Notes: generated by a model from the letters alone, not told the origin. A DNA stretch of 64,000 nucleotides from an uncultured Clostridia bacterium (GCA_944392445.1 CALXWT010000002.1:9367-73366); one strand, 5' to 3'. Counted from the stretch's first letter, positions 49,543 to 61,063 are shown. Made by a program: numbers and translations.

Positions 49543-49687
49543 ATTCTTGCCATCCTTTCTCTAGTTTAGAGTGTAAGTATTTCATATATGTAAACTCTGC
49601 CCTATTCATAACAGAGATGTTTTAAAGGATTTATACAAATTGTATGCATATACTGTATCACAAAATTTACATAAAGTCAATTTAATT

Positions 49688-52252
49688 TTACTCAGTTCTC
49701 AATGCTTCTACCGGATCCTTTTTGCTTGCCATTCTTGCTGGTATTAAGCCTGCAATTATTGTAAGTACCATACTAATTACTACAAGTATTATTGCTCCTG
49801 CAGTTGGTAATTTTGCTATTCCAGAAATATCTGTTACTGCTTTTATTATCATATTTATTGGTATATTTAGTAAAAGTGTAACTCCTATTCCTAAAAGACC
49901 TGCGCATAATCCTATTATAAATGTTTCGGCATTAAATACTCTCGAGATGTCTTTTTTAGAAGCACCAATACTTCTTAGTATTCCTATTTCTTTTGTTCTT
50001 TCTAGAACTGAAATGTAGGTTATAATTCCAATCATTATAGATGATACTACAAGTGATATTGCCACAAATGCTATTAAAATATAGCTTATTGCGTCTATTA
50101 TAGTAGATACAGAATTCATCATTGTTCCTACTATGTCTGTGTAAGTTATTACGTTTTCTTCTTTTCCATCATCACGTTGTTTTTGGTTGTAGTTTTCTAT
50201 TTCTGTCGCAATTTGCTCTTTTGACTCAAAATCTTTTGGATATATGCTTATTGAGCTTGGGCTTTCTAAATCTACTACTCCCATTTTTTCTAGGTTGCCC
50301 TCATACGTAGCATTTGCATTTTCTGTGTATTGTTGCATTAAGTTTGCAAGTTCTTCTTCACTTAGCGATGCCATATACATTCTTTGCTCTTCTGTTAAAC
50401 TAGAAAAATCGAATTTGGCATCCGTGTCTTCTGGAAATTCTATTCCTGTAAATATATTTATGTCTGGACTTTCTTTTTGTTCCTTTACTATTTCAGAATT
50501 ATTTACTTCGTTTATTACATACTCTTTAAGTTCTTTTGTGTATCCAACAGTTGCGGACATTGCAGTCGCAACTGTTCCCTCTTTTGGTCTTATAATTCCT
50601 GCTATGCTTATTTCTTCTGCATCTTTTAATTTTTCTTTTATATAATCCTCATTTTCAGTATTATCTATCCAGATGTCTCCATCCTTTTCAAAATAATCAG
50701 TGTTTAATAATACCTTAAATTTAGTATTTAGTAAGTCATCATACGTATATGACTTAACATCTTCATCTTCTACTTCTTCGCCATCTAATATTTTTTGATA
50801 TTTTTCTTCTAATTCGTCTTGGTCAAGTATTCCTAATGCATATAAGGTATAGTCATATATTTCGTTGTTTTCGTCAACAATTAGCACAACCTCGTTATAG
50901 TTTTCTGGCCATTTTCCTACAATTACATCATATTGTGAATGCAATAATTCGTCATTATCCAAAAGTTCTTGCCATACATCAGTCTCTGCAAGCATCATAT
51001 TGCTCATACCCTCCATACCGAGTTTAGAAAAAATTTGGCTTGGATTTACTTGAACTACCCTGTCGTCATCTTCTTTATAAATGTTTAAGTCTAGGTTGTA
51101 ACTATATTGAACTGCATTTATATAGTCCCTTATTGGGCTATTTTCGTCATCTAAATATTTTTTAAACTCTTCTAAATTGTTGCTTTGAATTTTGGTAGAT
51201 ATTGTACTTAACATATCGTTTACTATGTTTTTTGAGTATACTTTTCCCTCTTCGTGCTCGGTCTCTTCTGTTTCTCCCATAAGAGAGGTCATCATACTTG
51301 CCATATCAATGGTTTCTTCTTGCACGGTTATTGGATAAGATGAAAGAGTGTCTTCTTCTACCCTATTTATATATGCTTGCATACCACTAGATAGCGATAA
51401 TATCAGTGCAATTCCTATAATTCCAATACTTCCTGCAAATGAGGTTAATATAGTTCTTCCTTTTTTGGTCATTAAGTTATTTAAGCTAAGTGATAGTGCA
51501 GTTAGAAAATTCATTGAGACTTTGCTATTTGCTTTTGAAGTTCTGTCCTCTTTTTCTTCCTCTTCTACACTATATGGATTAGAATCATCAGTTATTTTTC
51601 CATCCAGTATTTTTATAATTCTTGATGAGTATTTTTCTGCCAAGTCAGGGTTGTGAGTAACCATAATAATTAGTCTGTCTTTAGAAATCTTTTTTAGTAT
51701 TTCCATTATTTGCACACTTGTTTTTGTGTCTAGTGCACCAGTTGGCTCATCTGCTAAAATTATTTCTGGGTCGTTTACTAATGCTCTTGCTATTGCAACC
51801 CTTTGCATTTGCCCACCTGATAATTGGTTTGGCTTTTTGTTTAGTTGGTCGCCTAGTCCAACTTGCTTTAAAGCTTCTACTGCTCTTTTTCTTCTTTCCT
51901 TTTTGCTTACTCCTGATAGCGTAAGTGCAAGCTCTACATTTGAAAGTATGTTTTGGTGTGGTATTAAATTGTATGATTGAAATACAAAACCAACGCTATG
52001 GTTTCTATAAGAATCCCAATCTCTATCTTTAAACTCTTTTGTAGACTTTCCATTTATAACTAGGTCGCCTGTTGTGTATTTGTCAAGCCCACCTATTATA
52101 TTTAGAAGAGTGGTTTTACCACAACCACTTTGCCCTAAAATTGATACAAACTCGCTTTTTCTGAATTGTAGCGATATTCCTTTTAGAGCCTCAACCTTGC
52201 TATCTCCTGTGATGTACTCTTTAGTAATTTTTTCTAGTCTTAACATATACAA
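49688..52252 (-). CDS. MacB-like ABC transporter: fused ATP-binding domain + FtsX-family permease with large extracytoplasmic domain
   Basis: N-terminal Walker [10 protein letters not shown], signature LSGGQMQRV and Walker B ILADEPT are present. The C-terminus has four transmembrane segments around a roughly 400-aa periplasmic-type domain. Confidence 0.85.
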   Translation of the reverse strand: MYMLRLEKITKEYITGDSKVEALKGISLQFRKSEFVSILGQSGCGKTTLLNIIGGLDKYTTGDLVINGKSTKEFKDRDWDSYRNHSVGFVFQSYNLIPHQNILSNVELALTLSGVSKKERRKRAVEALKQVGLGDQLNKKPNQLSGGQMQRVAIARALVNDPEIILADEPTGALDTKTSVQIMEILKKISKDRLIIMVTHNPDLAEKYSSRIIKILDGKITDDSNPYSVEEEEKEDRTSKANSKVSMNFLTALSLSLNNLMTKKGRTILTSFAGSIGIIGIALILSLSSGMQAYINRVEEDTLSSYPITVQEETIDMASMMTSLMGETEETEHEEGKVYSKNIVNDMLSTISTKIQSNNLEEFKKYLDDENSPIRDYINAVQYSYNLDLNIYKEDDDRVVQVNPSQIFSKLGMEGMSNMMLAETDVWQELLDNDELLHSQYDVIVGKWPENYNEVVLIVDENNEIYDYTLYALGILDQDELEEKYQKILDGEEVEDEDVKSYTYDDLLNTKFKVLLNTDYFEKDGDIWIDNTENEDYIKEKLKDAEEISIAGIIRPKEGTVATAMSATVGYTKELKEYVINEVNNSEIVKEQKESPDINIFTGIEFPEDTDAKFDFSSLTEEQRMYMASLSEEELANLMQQYTENANATYEGNLEKMGVVDLESPSSISIYPKDFESKEQIATEIENYNQKQRDDGKEENVITYTDIVGTMMNSVSTIIDAISYILIAFVAISLVVSSIMIGIITYISVLERTKEIGILRSIGASKKDISRVFNAETFIIGLCAGLLGIGVTLLLNIPINMIIKAVTDISGIAKLPTAGAIILVVISMVLTIIAGLIPARMASKKDPVEALRTE

Positions 52253-52389
52253 ATTCCTTTCTATCGATTTATATTTTATTCTATTTACTTTATAGTGTAT
52301 TTGTTGTTAATATTAAAAATACGTTAAATTGTTATACTGTTAAATAATACCATTTTGTTGATTTTTATTCAATAATTTTCACAATTTGT

Positions 52390-52812
52390 TCACAAAATTC
52401 ATCGTCTATATTTCATTATGAATTCGTATTTATTCACCCATTTCACGATGGTAATGGAAGAAAGGCAAGATTATGGCAAACTATAATTCTTGCACATTGG
52501 GAAAAAGCTTTTACTTATTTACCTATTGAAAGTATGATAAAGAAAAATCAGGAAGAATATTATACTGCTATTCAAAATTGTAATAATGCTGGAAATTCAA
52601 CTGAATTTATAGAGTTTATGTTAAAAGTTATTGACGAGTCAATAAATGATATGATGTTGGAGCAAAAAGAGACTACACAAGAAACTGCACAAGAAACTAC
52701 ACAAGAAAAAATACTTAATCTAATTAGGAAAAATCCAAGTATAACTCAAGTCGAAATGGCAAAAGCTCTTGATTTAACAAGAGATGGAATATCTTATAAT
52801 ATAAAAAAATAA
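52390..52812 (+). pseudogene. Fic/DOC family protein remnant (retains HPFxDGNGR motif, lacks N-terminal part)
   Basis: Frame containing ...FIHPFHDGNGRKARLWQTIILAHWEKAFTYLPIESMIKKNQEEYYTAIQNC... There is no upstream start or N-terminal region. The start coordinate is approximate. Confidence 0.55.
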
Positions 52813-52875
52813 AGGTATTATTGAGAGAGTTGGTCCTACAAAAAATGGTATATGGAAAATAGTAAAATAGTAAGT

Positions 52876-52910
52876 AAAAATCCCACGACGTAATTGTCGT
52901 GGGATTTTTA
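52876..52910. terminator. Bidirectional hairpin terminator (aaaaatcccacgacg-taatt-gtcgtgggattttt)
   Basis: Perfect 15-bp stem including A/T tails. Confidence 0.55.
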
Positions 52911-52992
52911 CTATTTGTAAGCTTTCGGATATGCCGAGAATAATTACTTACTGTAATTTACAATTTGAGCCCGTCCCCTTTTGCAAATTACT

Positions 52993-53667
52993 TTACATAA
53001 CATACAATAAAATACAAAAGAATTGTAATAGGCTACCTAATAAAATAAACAAATGAAATACGGAATGCATCCATTTATGTTTTTTACCTACGCCATAAAG
53101 AATTGCACCTATTGTATATGCAATTCCTCCTGCTACAAGTAGTACAAGTGCACTAGTAGGCAAAAGTACAGGAAGCAAGTTTGCTTTAAATATTATTGCC
53201 CAACCCATTCCAAGGTAGCAAATCATTGAGAATTTTTTGTATTTTTTTAAGTCTATAGCATTAAGTACAATACCTATTATTGCCATAGCCCATATTATAC
53301 CAAATATTATCCAGCCTGTTGCCGTATCATATTCTCTAAAAGTGCAAAGTGCAAATGGTGTATACGAACCTGCTATTAGCAAAAATATTGTGCAATGGTC
53401 TAGCACCTGTAAAACTTTTTTGCCTTTACATTTTGGACTAAGCCCGTGATATATGCTAGACATAGTGTATAAAATAAGCATTGTTGTTCCATAAATTGCT
53501 CCACTTACCACACCATATCCATTTCCGTGAACTGCTGCCATAACCACACAAAGCACTATTGCAACAATTCCTAAAACTGCCCCCACTATGTGAGAAGTCA
53601 TATTAAATATTTCTTCCCCTTTAGTGTATGTAGGCAAAATTCTATCTTTTAATTTTGTTCTTGTCAT
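52993..53667 (-). CDS. Hemolysin III family (PAQR/YqfA-like) membrane protein
   Basis: Seven transmembrane segments. Motifs ...NMTSHIVGA... and ...SSIYHG... are present. Confidence 0.8.
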   Translation of the reverse strand: MTRTKLKDRILPTYTKGEEIFNMTSHIVGAVLGIVAIVLCVVMAAVHGNGYGVVSGAIYGTTMLILYTMSSIYHGLSPKCKGKKVLQVLDHCTIFLLIAGSYTPFALCTFREYDTATGWIIFGIIWAMAIIGIVLNAIDLKKYKKFSMICYLGMGWAIIFKANLLPVLLPTSALVLLVAGGIAYTIGAILYGVGKKHKWMHSVFHLFILLGSLLQFFCILLYVM

Positions 53668-53752
53668 TTACAAACTCCTTAACTTTATGTTTTTATATAA
53701 TACTTTAGTATTATGAAATCTGTGTGAAATTACTGTATAGAGTATGTGCAAT

Positions 53753-54709
53753 TTATTCATTTATTATTTTATCAATTGAATTCTCTCTCATTTCCTTTAT
53801 AATTCTACAACTATTATCTAGCTTTTCTTGTTCTTCTTTATCTAGGTCTAAGTCTAGCAATTCTCTTACACCATTTGAATTTATAATTGCTGGAATTCCA
53901 ATGTAAATGTCATCTTGTCCATAAGCACCATCTTTTAAATATGTTGATACTGTAAGTATTGAGTTTTCGTTATCTAATACTGCTCTTACTATTCTATTTA
54001 GTGCCATACCTATTCCATAGTATGTTGCTTTTTTCTTTTCTATAATCTCATAAGCTGCATCAACTACACCTTTATGAATTTTGTTTAAATCAGATATGTC
54101 GTGGTTGTTATCTTTCATAACATCAACTATTTTTTTGCAACCCACATAAGCGTGTTTCCAAGGTACAAAAGAAGAATCTCCGTGTTCTCCCATTATATAT
54201 GCATGAATATTTTTGCTAGATATTTTTAAATAGTCTCCTAATAAGTATCTAAGTCTTGCTGTATCTAGAACTGTACCTGAACCTATTACTTGATTTTTAG
54301 GCAAGTCAGACACTTTTGCTACAACATAAGTCATTAAATCTACTGGGTTTGTAGCTACTATTATAATTCCATTAAAGCCACTTGCCATAATTTGCTGAGT
54401 AATGCTTTTCATTATTTTTGTGTTTGTTTCTGCAAGTTCCAATCTAGTTTGTCCTGGTTTTTGAGCAGCACCAGCTGTTATAACTACTATTTGTGCATCT
54501 TTGCAATCACTATAGTCTCCTGCTTTTATTACCATTTTTTGTGGTGCATAAGGAAGACCGTGTGATAAATCCATTTCTTCTCCTATTGTTTTATCTTTAT
54601 CCAAATCTACTAAAACTAGTTCGTTTATTCCACCTCTATTTAGCATTGAGTATGCCATACTCATACCAACAAAACCTGTTCCTACTAAAACTATTTTTCC
54701 TTTTTTCAT
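53753..54709 (-). CDS. ldh: L-lactate dehydrogenase
   Basis: GTGFVGMS is the NAD-binding motif. ...IVVITAGAAQKPGQTRLEL... and the catalytic ...IMGEHGDS... follow. Confidence 0.9.
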   Translation of the reverse strand: MKKGKIVLVGTGFVGMSMAYSMLNRGGINELVLVDLDKDKTIGEEMDLSHGLPYAPQKMVIKAGDYSDCKDAQIVVITAGAAQKPGQTRLELAETNTKIMKSITQQIMASGFNGIIIVATNPVDLMTYVVAKVSDLPKNQVIGSGTVLDTARLRYLLGDYLKISSKNIHAYIMGEHGDSSFVPWKHAYVGCKKIVDVMKDNNHDISDLNKIHKGVVDAAYEIIEKKKATYYGIGMALNRIVRAVLDNENSILTVSTYLKDGAYGQDDIYIGIPAIINSNGVRELLDLDLDKEEQEKLDNSCRIIKEMRENSIDKIINE

Positions 54710-54774
54710 AAAATCAATCCTTTCTTTGTAATCGTTTTAATAATCTAACATATTATACCACATTTTTTGAATTT

Positions 54775-55128
54775 TTAAACAGTATGTAGAAAATTTTTGG
54801 CAGTAGCTATTGCTTTTTTTCTGCTATCTCCATTTTGTGCAATTAAATAACACGCGTAACGAGTAAGTTTTATGTCATCAATTATTTTCTTCGCTCCCTT
54901 TGGCATTTTTATCGTTTTGCCGACGTCGGCAAAATGTTCCCAAATATTGATATTACTGTTTTTACAAGATTCTTTTGCTTTATCAATTACTTTCCCAAAA
55001 TTTCCCCATTTACTATATTCTAACATTGTCATTAGTTCTCTAGCATACCAGAATTCAACCCCGTTTTCATCTAGATGTTTAATACTCTCAAAATCTTTTT
55101 CGGTTTTGTTTACTAAATTATTTGTCAT
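54775..55128 (-). CDS. DinD-like DNA-damage-inducible protein
   Basis: ...GVEFWYARELMTMLEYSKWGNFGKVIDKAKESC... and ...LTRYACYLIAQNGDSRKKAIA... resemble E. coli DinD (match recalled from memory). Confidence 0.6.
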   Translation of the reverse strand: MTNNLVNKTEKDFESIKHLDENGVEFWYARELMTMLEYSKWGNFGKVIDKAKESCKNSNINIWEHFADVGKTIKMPKGAKKIIDDIKLTRYACYLIAQNGDSRKKAIATAKNFLHTV

Positions 55129-55366
55129 ACTTTCTTCATCTCCTTTACTCTTTTTTGGATTTCAACCAAAAATTTGTTTTATTGCTTCTATTTATATCAT
55201 ATTTCCGAGGTGTTTTCAATATTTTTGCGAAAGTTTGTTCAGTTTTTCTTTTGTTTTATAGCTTATTTACTTATAAGATTTTGCAATGAATATATAATTT
55301 TTAAACATACCCAAAAGCAAGTAATTCATTTATCACAATAAATTACTTGCCTTTTAGTTTTATTCA

Positions 55367-55828
55367 TCATCTTTTAATAAACAAACTCTTTATCTTATTT
55401 AATATTCTTTTAAAGATATTCTCTTTATATTCTACAATTTGTTTTTCATTATTATTTGTCTTTACTTCATTCTCATTTAATTTTGTTGTTTTGTTTATGC
55501 TTTTATTTGCAAATACATCAGTATTATACATCTGCTGTTTTTTTAGTTCGTTTTTCTGTCTCGCTTCATTTTGCATTTTTATAATTTTCGTTCTTTGCTC
55601 TGGTGTTGCTAGATAATCTCTAAACAAATTAAATAGTATTGCTTTTGTTTCTGGAAGCATTGGTTGGTCTTTTAATTCTAATTCATCATCTAAGAAATAC
55701 TCATATTCCTTATTTCTGTTAGTATCTAATGTTTCTATTACTTCGGGAGGAATTTTATTGTACTCTTCTTCATCTAAATCTTGCAAAATTGTATAAACTT
55801 CTGTATATGCATTTCTACGGTTGTTCAC
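55367..55828 (-). CDS. Hypothetical protein (153 aa) immediately downstream of, and overlapping, the giant helicase gene
   Basis: Clean ORF. A 5' remnant of a paralog sits after the second helicase gene (61800-61936). Confidence 0.5.
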   Translation of the reverse strand: MNNRRNAYTEVYTILQDLDEEEYNKIPPEVIETLDTNRNKEYEYFLDDELELKDQPMLPETKAILFNLFRDYLATPEQRTKIIKMQNEARQKNELKKQQMYNTDVFANKSINKTTKLNENEVKTNNNEKQIVEYKENIFKRILNKIKSLFIKR

Positions 55829-58800
55829 CTATATCCTCCCCTCTCTTTTGTTCTCTTTGCTTTACTAATTCTTGTAATTCTGTATATGCTCTATCTGCAT
55901 TTTCCTGGTCTGTTAATGAACTAATTGAAGCTTCTACTATTTCTTTTGCTGTGCGATTTCTTTTTGGTTTTGGCTCTATTCCATATTGTCTCAATGTAGC
56001 TATTTTTTCTCTGTATTCTTCTGGTACATTTTCTATTGGTTTCCCTACATATTCTTGTAATATTTTATATTCGTTTGATTTTATCCACCTATTGTACAAA
56101 TTCACTTCTTCTTTTTGCTCTTCGGTCATTTGGTCTACTGTTAAGTTTTTCCTTTTTCCATTTTCTCCTTTTTCAGAGAAAGCACCTTTCATTATTCGTC
56201 CATTTGCTTCTATAAATTCTATTACCTGTTCATATGTTGTTTTTTTCGGTTCTAATCCATGGTCTCTCAATGTTGCTATTTTTTCTCTATATTCTTCTGG
56301 CACATTTTCTATTGGTTGCCCTGCATATTCTTGCAATATTTTATATTCGTCTGAAATATGCCACCTTTTGCACAACTTTGCTTCTTTTTTTTGCTCTTCG
56401 GTCATTTGATCTCTTGTTAATTGTTTCCTTTTTCCATTTTCTCCTTTCTCATAGAAAGCACTGTTCACTATTCGTCCATGTTCTTCTATAAATTCTATTA
56501 CCTGTTCATATATTGGTTTTTCTGGTTCTAAGCCATATTGCCTCAATGTAGCTATTTTTTCTCTGTATTCTTCTGGCACATTTTCTATTGGTTGCCCTGC
56601 ATATTCTTGCAATATTTTATATTCGTTTGAGTTCAGCCACCTTTTGTACAATCTTACTTCTTCTTTTTGCTCTTCGGTCATTTGGTCTACTGTTAATTTT
56701 TTTCTTTTTCCATTTTCTTCTTTTTCAGAGAAATAGCCGTTCATTATTCGTCCATTTGCTTCTATAAATTCTATTACCTGTTCATATATTGGCTTTTCTG
56801 GTTCCAATCCATATTCTCTTAATATAGTTATTTTGTCTCTGTATTCTTCTGGCACATTTTCTATCGATTGTCCTGCATATTCTTGCAATATTTTATATTC
56901 GCCTGAATGAATCCACCTTTTGTACAATCTTGCTTCTTCTTTTTGCTCTTCGGTCATTTGGTCTACTGTTAATTGTTTCATTTTTCCATCTTCTCCTTTT
57001 TCAGAGAAATAGCTTTTCATTATTCGTCCATTTGCTTCTATAAATTCTATTACCTGTTCATATGTTGGTTTTTCTGGTTCTAAGCCATATTGCCTCAATG
57101 TAGCTATTTTTTCTCTGTATTCTTCTGGCACATTTTCTATAGGTTGCCCTGCATATTCTTGCAATATTTTATATTCGTCTGATTTATACCACCTAGCATA
57201 TAAATTTACTTCTTCTTTTTGCTCGTCAGTCATTTGGTCTACTACTAATCTTTTGCCATCTATTTTGAATGAACTTCTCATTATTTGCCCATGTTTTTTT
57301 ATAAATTCTATTACCTGTTCATATGTTGTCTTTTTCGGTTTACCATCAACTTCATCTTCTAACTCCACAAAATCTTTCAATAGCCCTATAAGTTCAAATG
57401 GTCCAACACTTTTTCCTGAAAAAACTCTTTCTTGTGTTTCTCCACTCCTTACTATTCTGTCTGGTAAATCTATCTGCCATAAATCTATTTGACTTCCTAG
57501 TCTTATTATTTGCTCTATCTCTTCTACTTGCTTTTCATTTAATCCTTCAAATTCTTGTTCTAAATATCCTTTGTATTTATTTTGTATTTCTTTTAATACT
57601 CTCGCATATCCTGTTTCTTCTTTATCTGTGCTATTTATGTCTGGTAAAACTCCATCATGTCTTTGCGTCCAATCTAATATAAGACCTAACATTTGTATGT
57701 CGTCTTTCTCTGTTATTTCATTATCCCAATTTACTTTTATTGTGTTGTTTACTAAGTCTATTACTACTGGCCTATCCTCATCTTTTGTTGGTTTATCTGG
57801 GTTTTCTGAATATATTACTCTTCCTAGTTGTTGCAAGTATAGTATTCGTGAATTTTCATCTAGTGGTCTTAGCCATATTATTCCATCTAGCTTATCTAAA
57901 TGTAACCCTTCATTTGCTTTATTCATCACTAGCATAAATTCTGTTTCTTCTGTATTGCTATTTTTGAATTCTTCTAACCTTCTAGCATTTTCTTTGTCTC
58001 CATATTCTCCAAGCATTGAATGAAAATTAGGCTTTATCCCTGAACCTTTAAAGTATTCTGCTATTTGTTTTTCATAATCTTCTATTTTTGTTTTTCCTTT
58101 TTTTCTTCCTATTACATTTCCATCTTCATCTTCCAAATCTTCTAAAACCGGTAAAAATACTATATATTTGCCACCTTTTTTCACATTTGCTTGTAGAATT
58201 TGAGGTATTCCCTCTGCATTTTCTACATTTCTTCTCAAAGACTCATATTCTTCTAATTTTTCGTTTCTATCTTGTATATCTTCTAATTGGTCTATTTTAT
58301 CTTTTAATTCATCTAAACTTCCATCCATCTTTAAACTATATGCGCAACTTACAAGCTTAGGATTTACCACTAACCCCATTCTTATTGCATTTGTTAAACT
58401 CATATTCATTGCAATGTGTTTTCCATTTACTGCTTCTCTATTTGTGTAACCTAGCCTTTGTGCTATTTCATTTGCCATATCTATTCCGTCTGCATCTCTT
58501 CTTGGGGTTGCTGTTAGTCCTAATACTTTCGTACTTTCTGGTTGATTATCTAGTAATGTGTTTAATCTATCTCCCCATTCTTTTGCTCCTGTTCTATGTA
58601 ACTCATCTAGTACTACAAAGCCATATTGTTTGTTTATTGTGGCTTTTCCACCTCTTGCAAGTAAACTCGAGTATGTTGCAAATTTTAGTTTTGGAAATAC
58701 ATCTTTTATTATATCATCTTTACTTCTTCGAATTGTATTTACTGGTCCGTGAATATATTTTATAATATTGTCTTTCATTTGCTCTAATATCTCATTTTGT

Positions 58801-60878
58801 GGTGCTAAGTATAATATTTCTTCATTTTGGTGTTCCATCATTTCGGCTAAAGCAACAAAACTCTTTCCTCCACCTGTTGGTACTATTACTGATGTAAATC
58901 TGTTTTCTTGCAATATTTCATCTGCTCTGTCTTTTGCTCTTTGTTGGTATGGTCGTAGTTGTATTCCTGTTCCTTGTACATCATAATATCCTAAAAATCT
59001 TTCTATTCTCTCTATTGATAAATTTTGACTATAGATTGATTCATTTTGTATTTGTCTATTTTTACTTATGTTTTCTTCATTTATGCCTCTTGTATTTCTT
59101 GCATCATCTCTATTTCCAGTTTGTCTATTATTTTCACCAATACTATTAACATATTCTGCTATCATTCTGTCATATTGTTCTAATCTTTTTGCTTTTACTG
59201 TTTCTGGTGTGTCATTTTCGGTAATTTCAAAATCATTACTTCTTGTTACCATATTTAGTAGAATTGTTGGAATAGCTTCTCTTGTGATGCCTTGTGCTTC
59301 TAATTTTTGATATAGCTCTACACAATATTCTGCTTGTATACGGTTAATTAAGTTATTCCTTTCTGCTGGTGTAAATTCTTCTATTCCTATTTTTGACCAG
59401 TCATATAGTGAAAATATTGCTTCTGCATAATATTCTTCTTTGCTTATTTGCTCATTTCTTTGTGTTTTTGAAAATGTGCTACTCATTATATCTCTTACAT
59501 TTGATAGCCCACCATTTTCCATTATTTCTATTTGCTCTGCTTCTGTTAAGTCTTTTATTTTGTTTATTAGTTCTGCTTCTTCTCCTCTTAAATCCAATGA
59601 AATTGACTCACTAAGTTTAACTCCCCTATTGCTTTGCCTTGTAAGTATTTCTGGCTCTATTCTAAAACCATTGTCTGATATATATTGTATAATTTCTCTG
59701 TATCTTGGATTATTTCCTGTTATTTGCTCCAATATTCTTGCTAGTTCTTTTGCATTTGACTGCGACCTTGCTAAATAGAACAAATTCTTTACTATCGAAT
59801 TTGCTTGTCCATATTCCACTTTTCCGTCTGTTAAGTTATACATTTCTTCTATGCTTATGTTGTCTCGTAAGCTATATTCTCTTTCAAGTATGCTGTTTGC
59901 TGGTATTTCTATTGTTGCATCTGTTCCAGCTATTCCTATTGTTTTACCTTCACTCGCGAAGTTAATTACTTCTTTTTTTAGATCATCTACTATCTGCCTA
60001 TCTTGCCCATCAACCTGTTGCAATAGTGCAAATATATCTACTATTTCTTTTGGTACATCTATTATCTCGTCTCCTTCTATATCTCCATAGTGAACTACCT
60101 CTAATGATGAAAACGCATTTCCTATTGTTTGCACCAATAAATTATTATTTGCTGTATGTGGAATTACAGGCGCCATTCCTCCTACTCTTTCAAGCAATGT
60201 TAGTTTTGCAATTATCTTATTCTTCTCTAATGATTGTTCCCCGTTTAATGCTTGATAACTACTAATTCTCGCAATTGGTGCCCTATATGTTATTCCTTTT
60301 CTTAATTTTGCTTTACTTGGGTCTATTGGCTCTGCTGATGTATACCTTGTCTCTATTGCTCTTTTTAATTCTTCTTCTGTTTTACTATTATCTATTTCAC
60401 TTAGTGTTTCTTTCAATTTGCTATCAGCTGGCATTAAAGAAATGTATTCTTCTATTCTCTTTGCCACTTCTTCTAGCATATATTGCCCTGCATTTATGGT
60501 CTTTTCGCCCAATTCTCTTTTTGGCACTTTTACCATTATATATCTATCTTTATAACTTCCTCTTCCATAGGAAATAGACACATTACTATTGCTTGAAAGT
60601 GATATACAGTTTGTATCCTTTCTGTAATGCATCTTTATGTGGTCATATACTTGCTCTAAACTTATTTCTGAATCTTTATTATATTTTGGTGCTTCATTTT
60701 CTGGTTTTTCTTCATATCTTTCTCTATCTGTTCTTATTCGTGCAATATTTCCGTTTTCATCTAGCACTGTTCCGTTTTCTATATCTTCATTATCTGCCAT
60801 ATTTAGTGCACGAATAAAGTAATAGTTTTCTTCATCTTCTATTATATTAAAATTTTCTATACCTAATACATTTTCCAT
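55815..60878 (-). CDS. Giant (1687 aa) multidomain protein: roughly 600-aa N-terminal region of unknown function, central SF2 DExH helicase, and six C-terminal ~92-aa tandem repeats (helicase-associated-domain-like)
   Basis: Helicase motifs VPTGGGKSF (I), VVLDELHR (II), LGLTATP (III) and QQLGRV (VI) are present. Six in-frame repeats of TYEQVIEFIEANGRIM...EYAGQPIENVPEEYREKIATLRQYGLEPEKP follow. Confidence 0.8.
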   Translation of the reverse strand: MENVLGIENFNIIEDEENYYFIRALNMADNEDIENGTVLDENGNIARIRTDRERYEEKPENEAPKYNKDSEISLEQVYDHIKMHYRKDTNCISLSSNSNVSISYGRGSYKDRYIMVKVPKRELGEKTINAGQYMLEEVAKRIEEYISLMPADSKLKETLSEIDNSKTEEELKRAIETRYTSAEPIDPSKAKLRKGITYRAPIARISSYQALNGEQSLEKNKIIAKLTLLERVGGMAPVIPHTANNNLLVQTIGNAFSSLEVVHYGDIEGDEIIDVPKEIVDIFALLQQVDGQDRQIVDDLKKEVINFASEGKTIGIAGTDATIEIPANSILEREYSLRDNISIEEMYNLTDGKVEYGQANSIVKNLFYLARSQSNAKELARILEQITGNNPRYREIIQYISDNGFRIEPEILTRQSNRGVKLSESISLDLRGEEAELINKIKDLTEAEQIEIMENGGLSNVRDIMSSTFSKTQRNEQISKEEYYAEAIFSLYDWSKIGIEEFTPAERNNLINRIQAEYCVELYQKLEAQGITREAIPTILLNMVTRSNDFEITENDTPETVKAKRLEQYDRMIAEYVNSIGENNRQTGNRDDARNTRGINEENISKNRQIQNESIYSQNLSIERIERFLGYYDVQGTGIQLRPYQQRAKDRADEILQENRFTSVIVPTGGGKSFVALAEMMEHQNEEILYLAPQNEILEQMKDNIIKYIHGPVNTIRRSKDDIIKDVFPKLKFATYSSLLARGGKATINKQYGFVVLDELHRTGAKEWGDRLNTLLDNQPESTKVLGLTATPRRDADGIDMANEIAQRLGYTNREAVNGKHIAMNMSLTNAIRMGLVVNPKLVSCAYSLKMDGSLDELKDKIDQLEDIQDRNEKLEEYESLRRNVENAEGIPQILQANVKKGGKYIVFLPVLEDLEDEDGNVIGRKKGKTKIEDYEKQIAEYFKGSGIKPNFHSMLGEYGDKENARRLEEFKNSNTEETEFMLVMNKANEGLHLDKLDGIIWLRPLDENSRILYLQQLGRVIYSENPDKPTKDEDRPVVIDLVNNTIKVNWDNEITEKDDIQMLGLILDWTQRHDGVLPDINSTDKEETGYARVLKEIQNKYKGYLEQEFEGLNEKQVEEIEQIIRLGSQIDLWQIDLPDRIVRSGETQERVFSGKSVGPFELIGLLKDFVELEDEVDGKPKKTTYEQVIEFIKKHGQIMRSSFKIDGKRLVVDQMTDEQKEEVNLYARWYKSDEYKILQEYAGQPIENVPEEYREKIATLRQYGLEPEKPTYEQVIEFIEANGRIMKSYFSEKGEDGKMKQLTVDQMTEEQKEEARLYKRWIHSGEYKILQEYAGQSIENVPEEYRDKITILREYGLEPEKPIYEQVIEFIEANGRIMNGYFSEKEENGKRKKLTVDQMTEEQKEEVRLYKRWLNSNEYKILQEYAGQPIENVPEEYREKIATLRQYGLEPEKPIYEQVIEFIEEHGRIVNSAFYEKGENGKRKQLTRDQMTEEQKKEAKLCKRWHISDEYKILQEYAGQPIENVPEEYREKIATLRDHGLEPKKTTYEQVIEFIEANGRIMKGAFSEKGENGKRKNLTVDQMTEEQKEEVNLYNRWIKSNEYKILQEYVGKPIENVPEEYREKIATLRQYGIEPKPKRNRTAKEIVEASISSLTDQENADRAYTELQELVKQREQKRGEDIGEQP
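55960..57340. repeat. In-frame tandem array, about 276 bp x 6, within the giant helicase gene
   Basis: ctattacctgttcatat recurs near 56221, 56491, 56771, 57041 and 57311. Protein repeats are 85-95% identical. Confidence 0.8.
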
Positions 60879-61063
60879 CTTTTTATTCCTTGGTTTATGG
60901 TTTTATTTATGAAATATTTTATCATATATATAAACAAAATTATACCTTTTTAATCATCGTGAACTTGTTTTTTCGTCGTTTAATTCTTGAAATCTTAGAA
61001 TTTTTAAAAGTAATAAGTATTTCTTATTAGTTCAATTTGCAAGTGTTTATTACAAGTTCATTT

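Noticed and set aside
49307-49609. 100-aa Cys-rich minus-strand ORF
   Set aside because: Odd composition and no RBS. A shorter 50-aa membrane peptide in another frame at 49390-49542 with an RBS is more plausible. Both are low confidence.
55729-56409. 226-aa plus-strand ORF (and many other 60-150-aa plus-strand ORFs between 55.8 and 63.6 kb)
   Set aside because: Antisense to the giant helicase genes. Repetitive Leu/Phe/Ser-rich translations of the reverse strand of tandem repeats.
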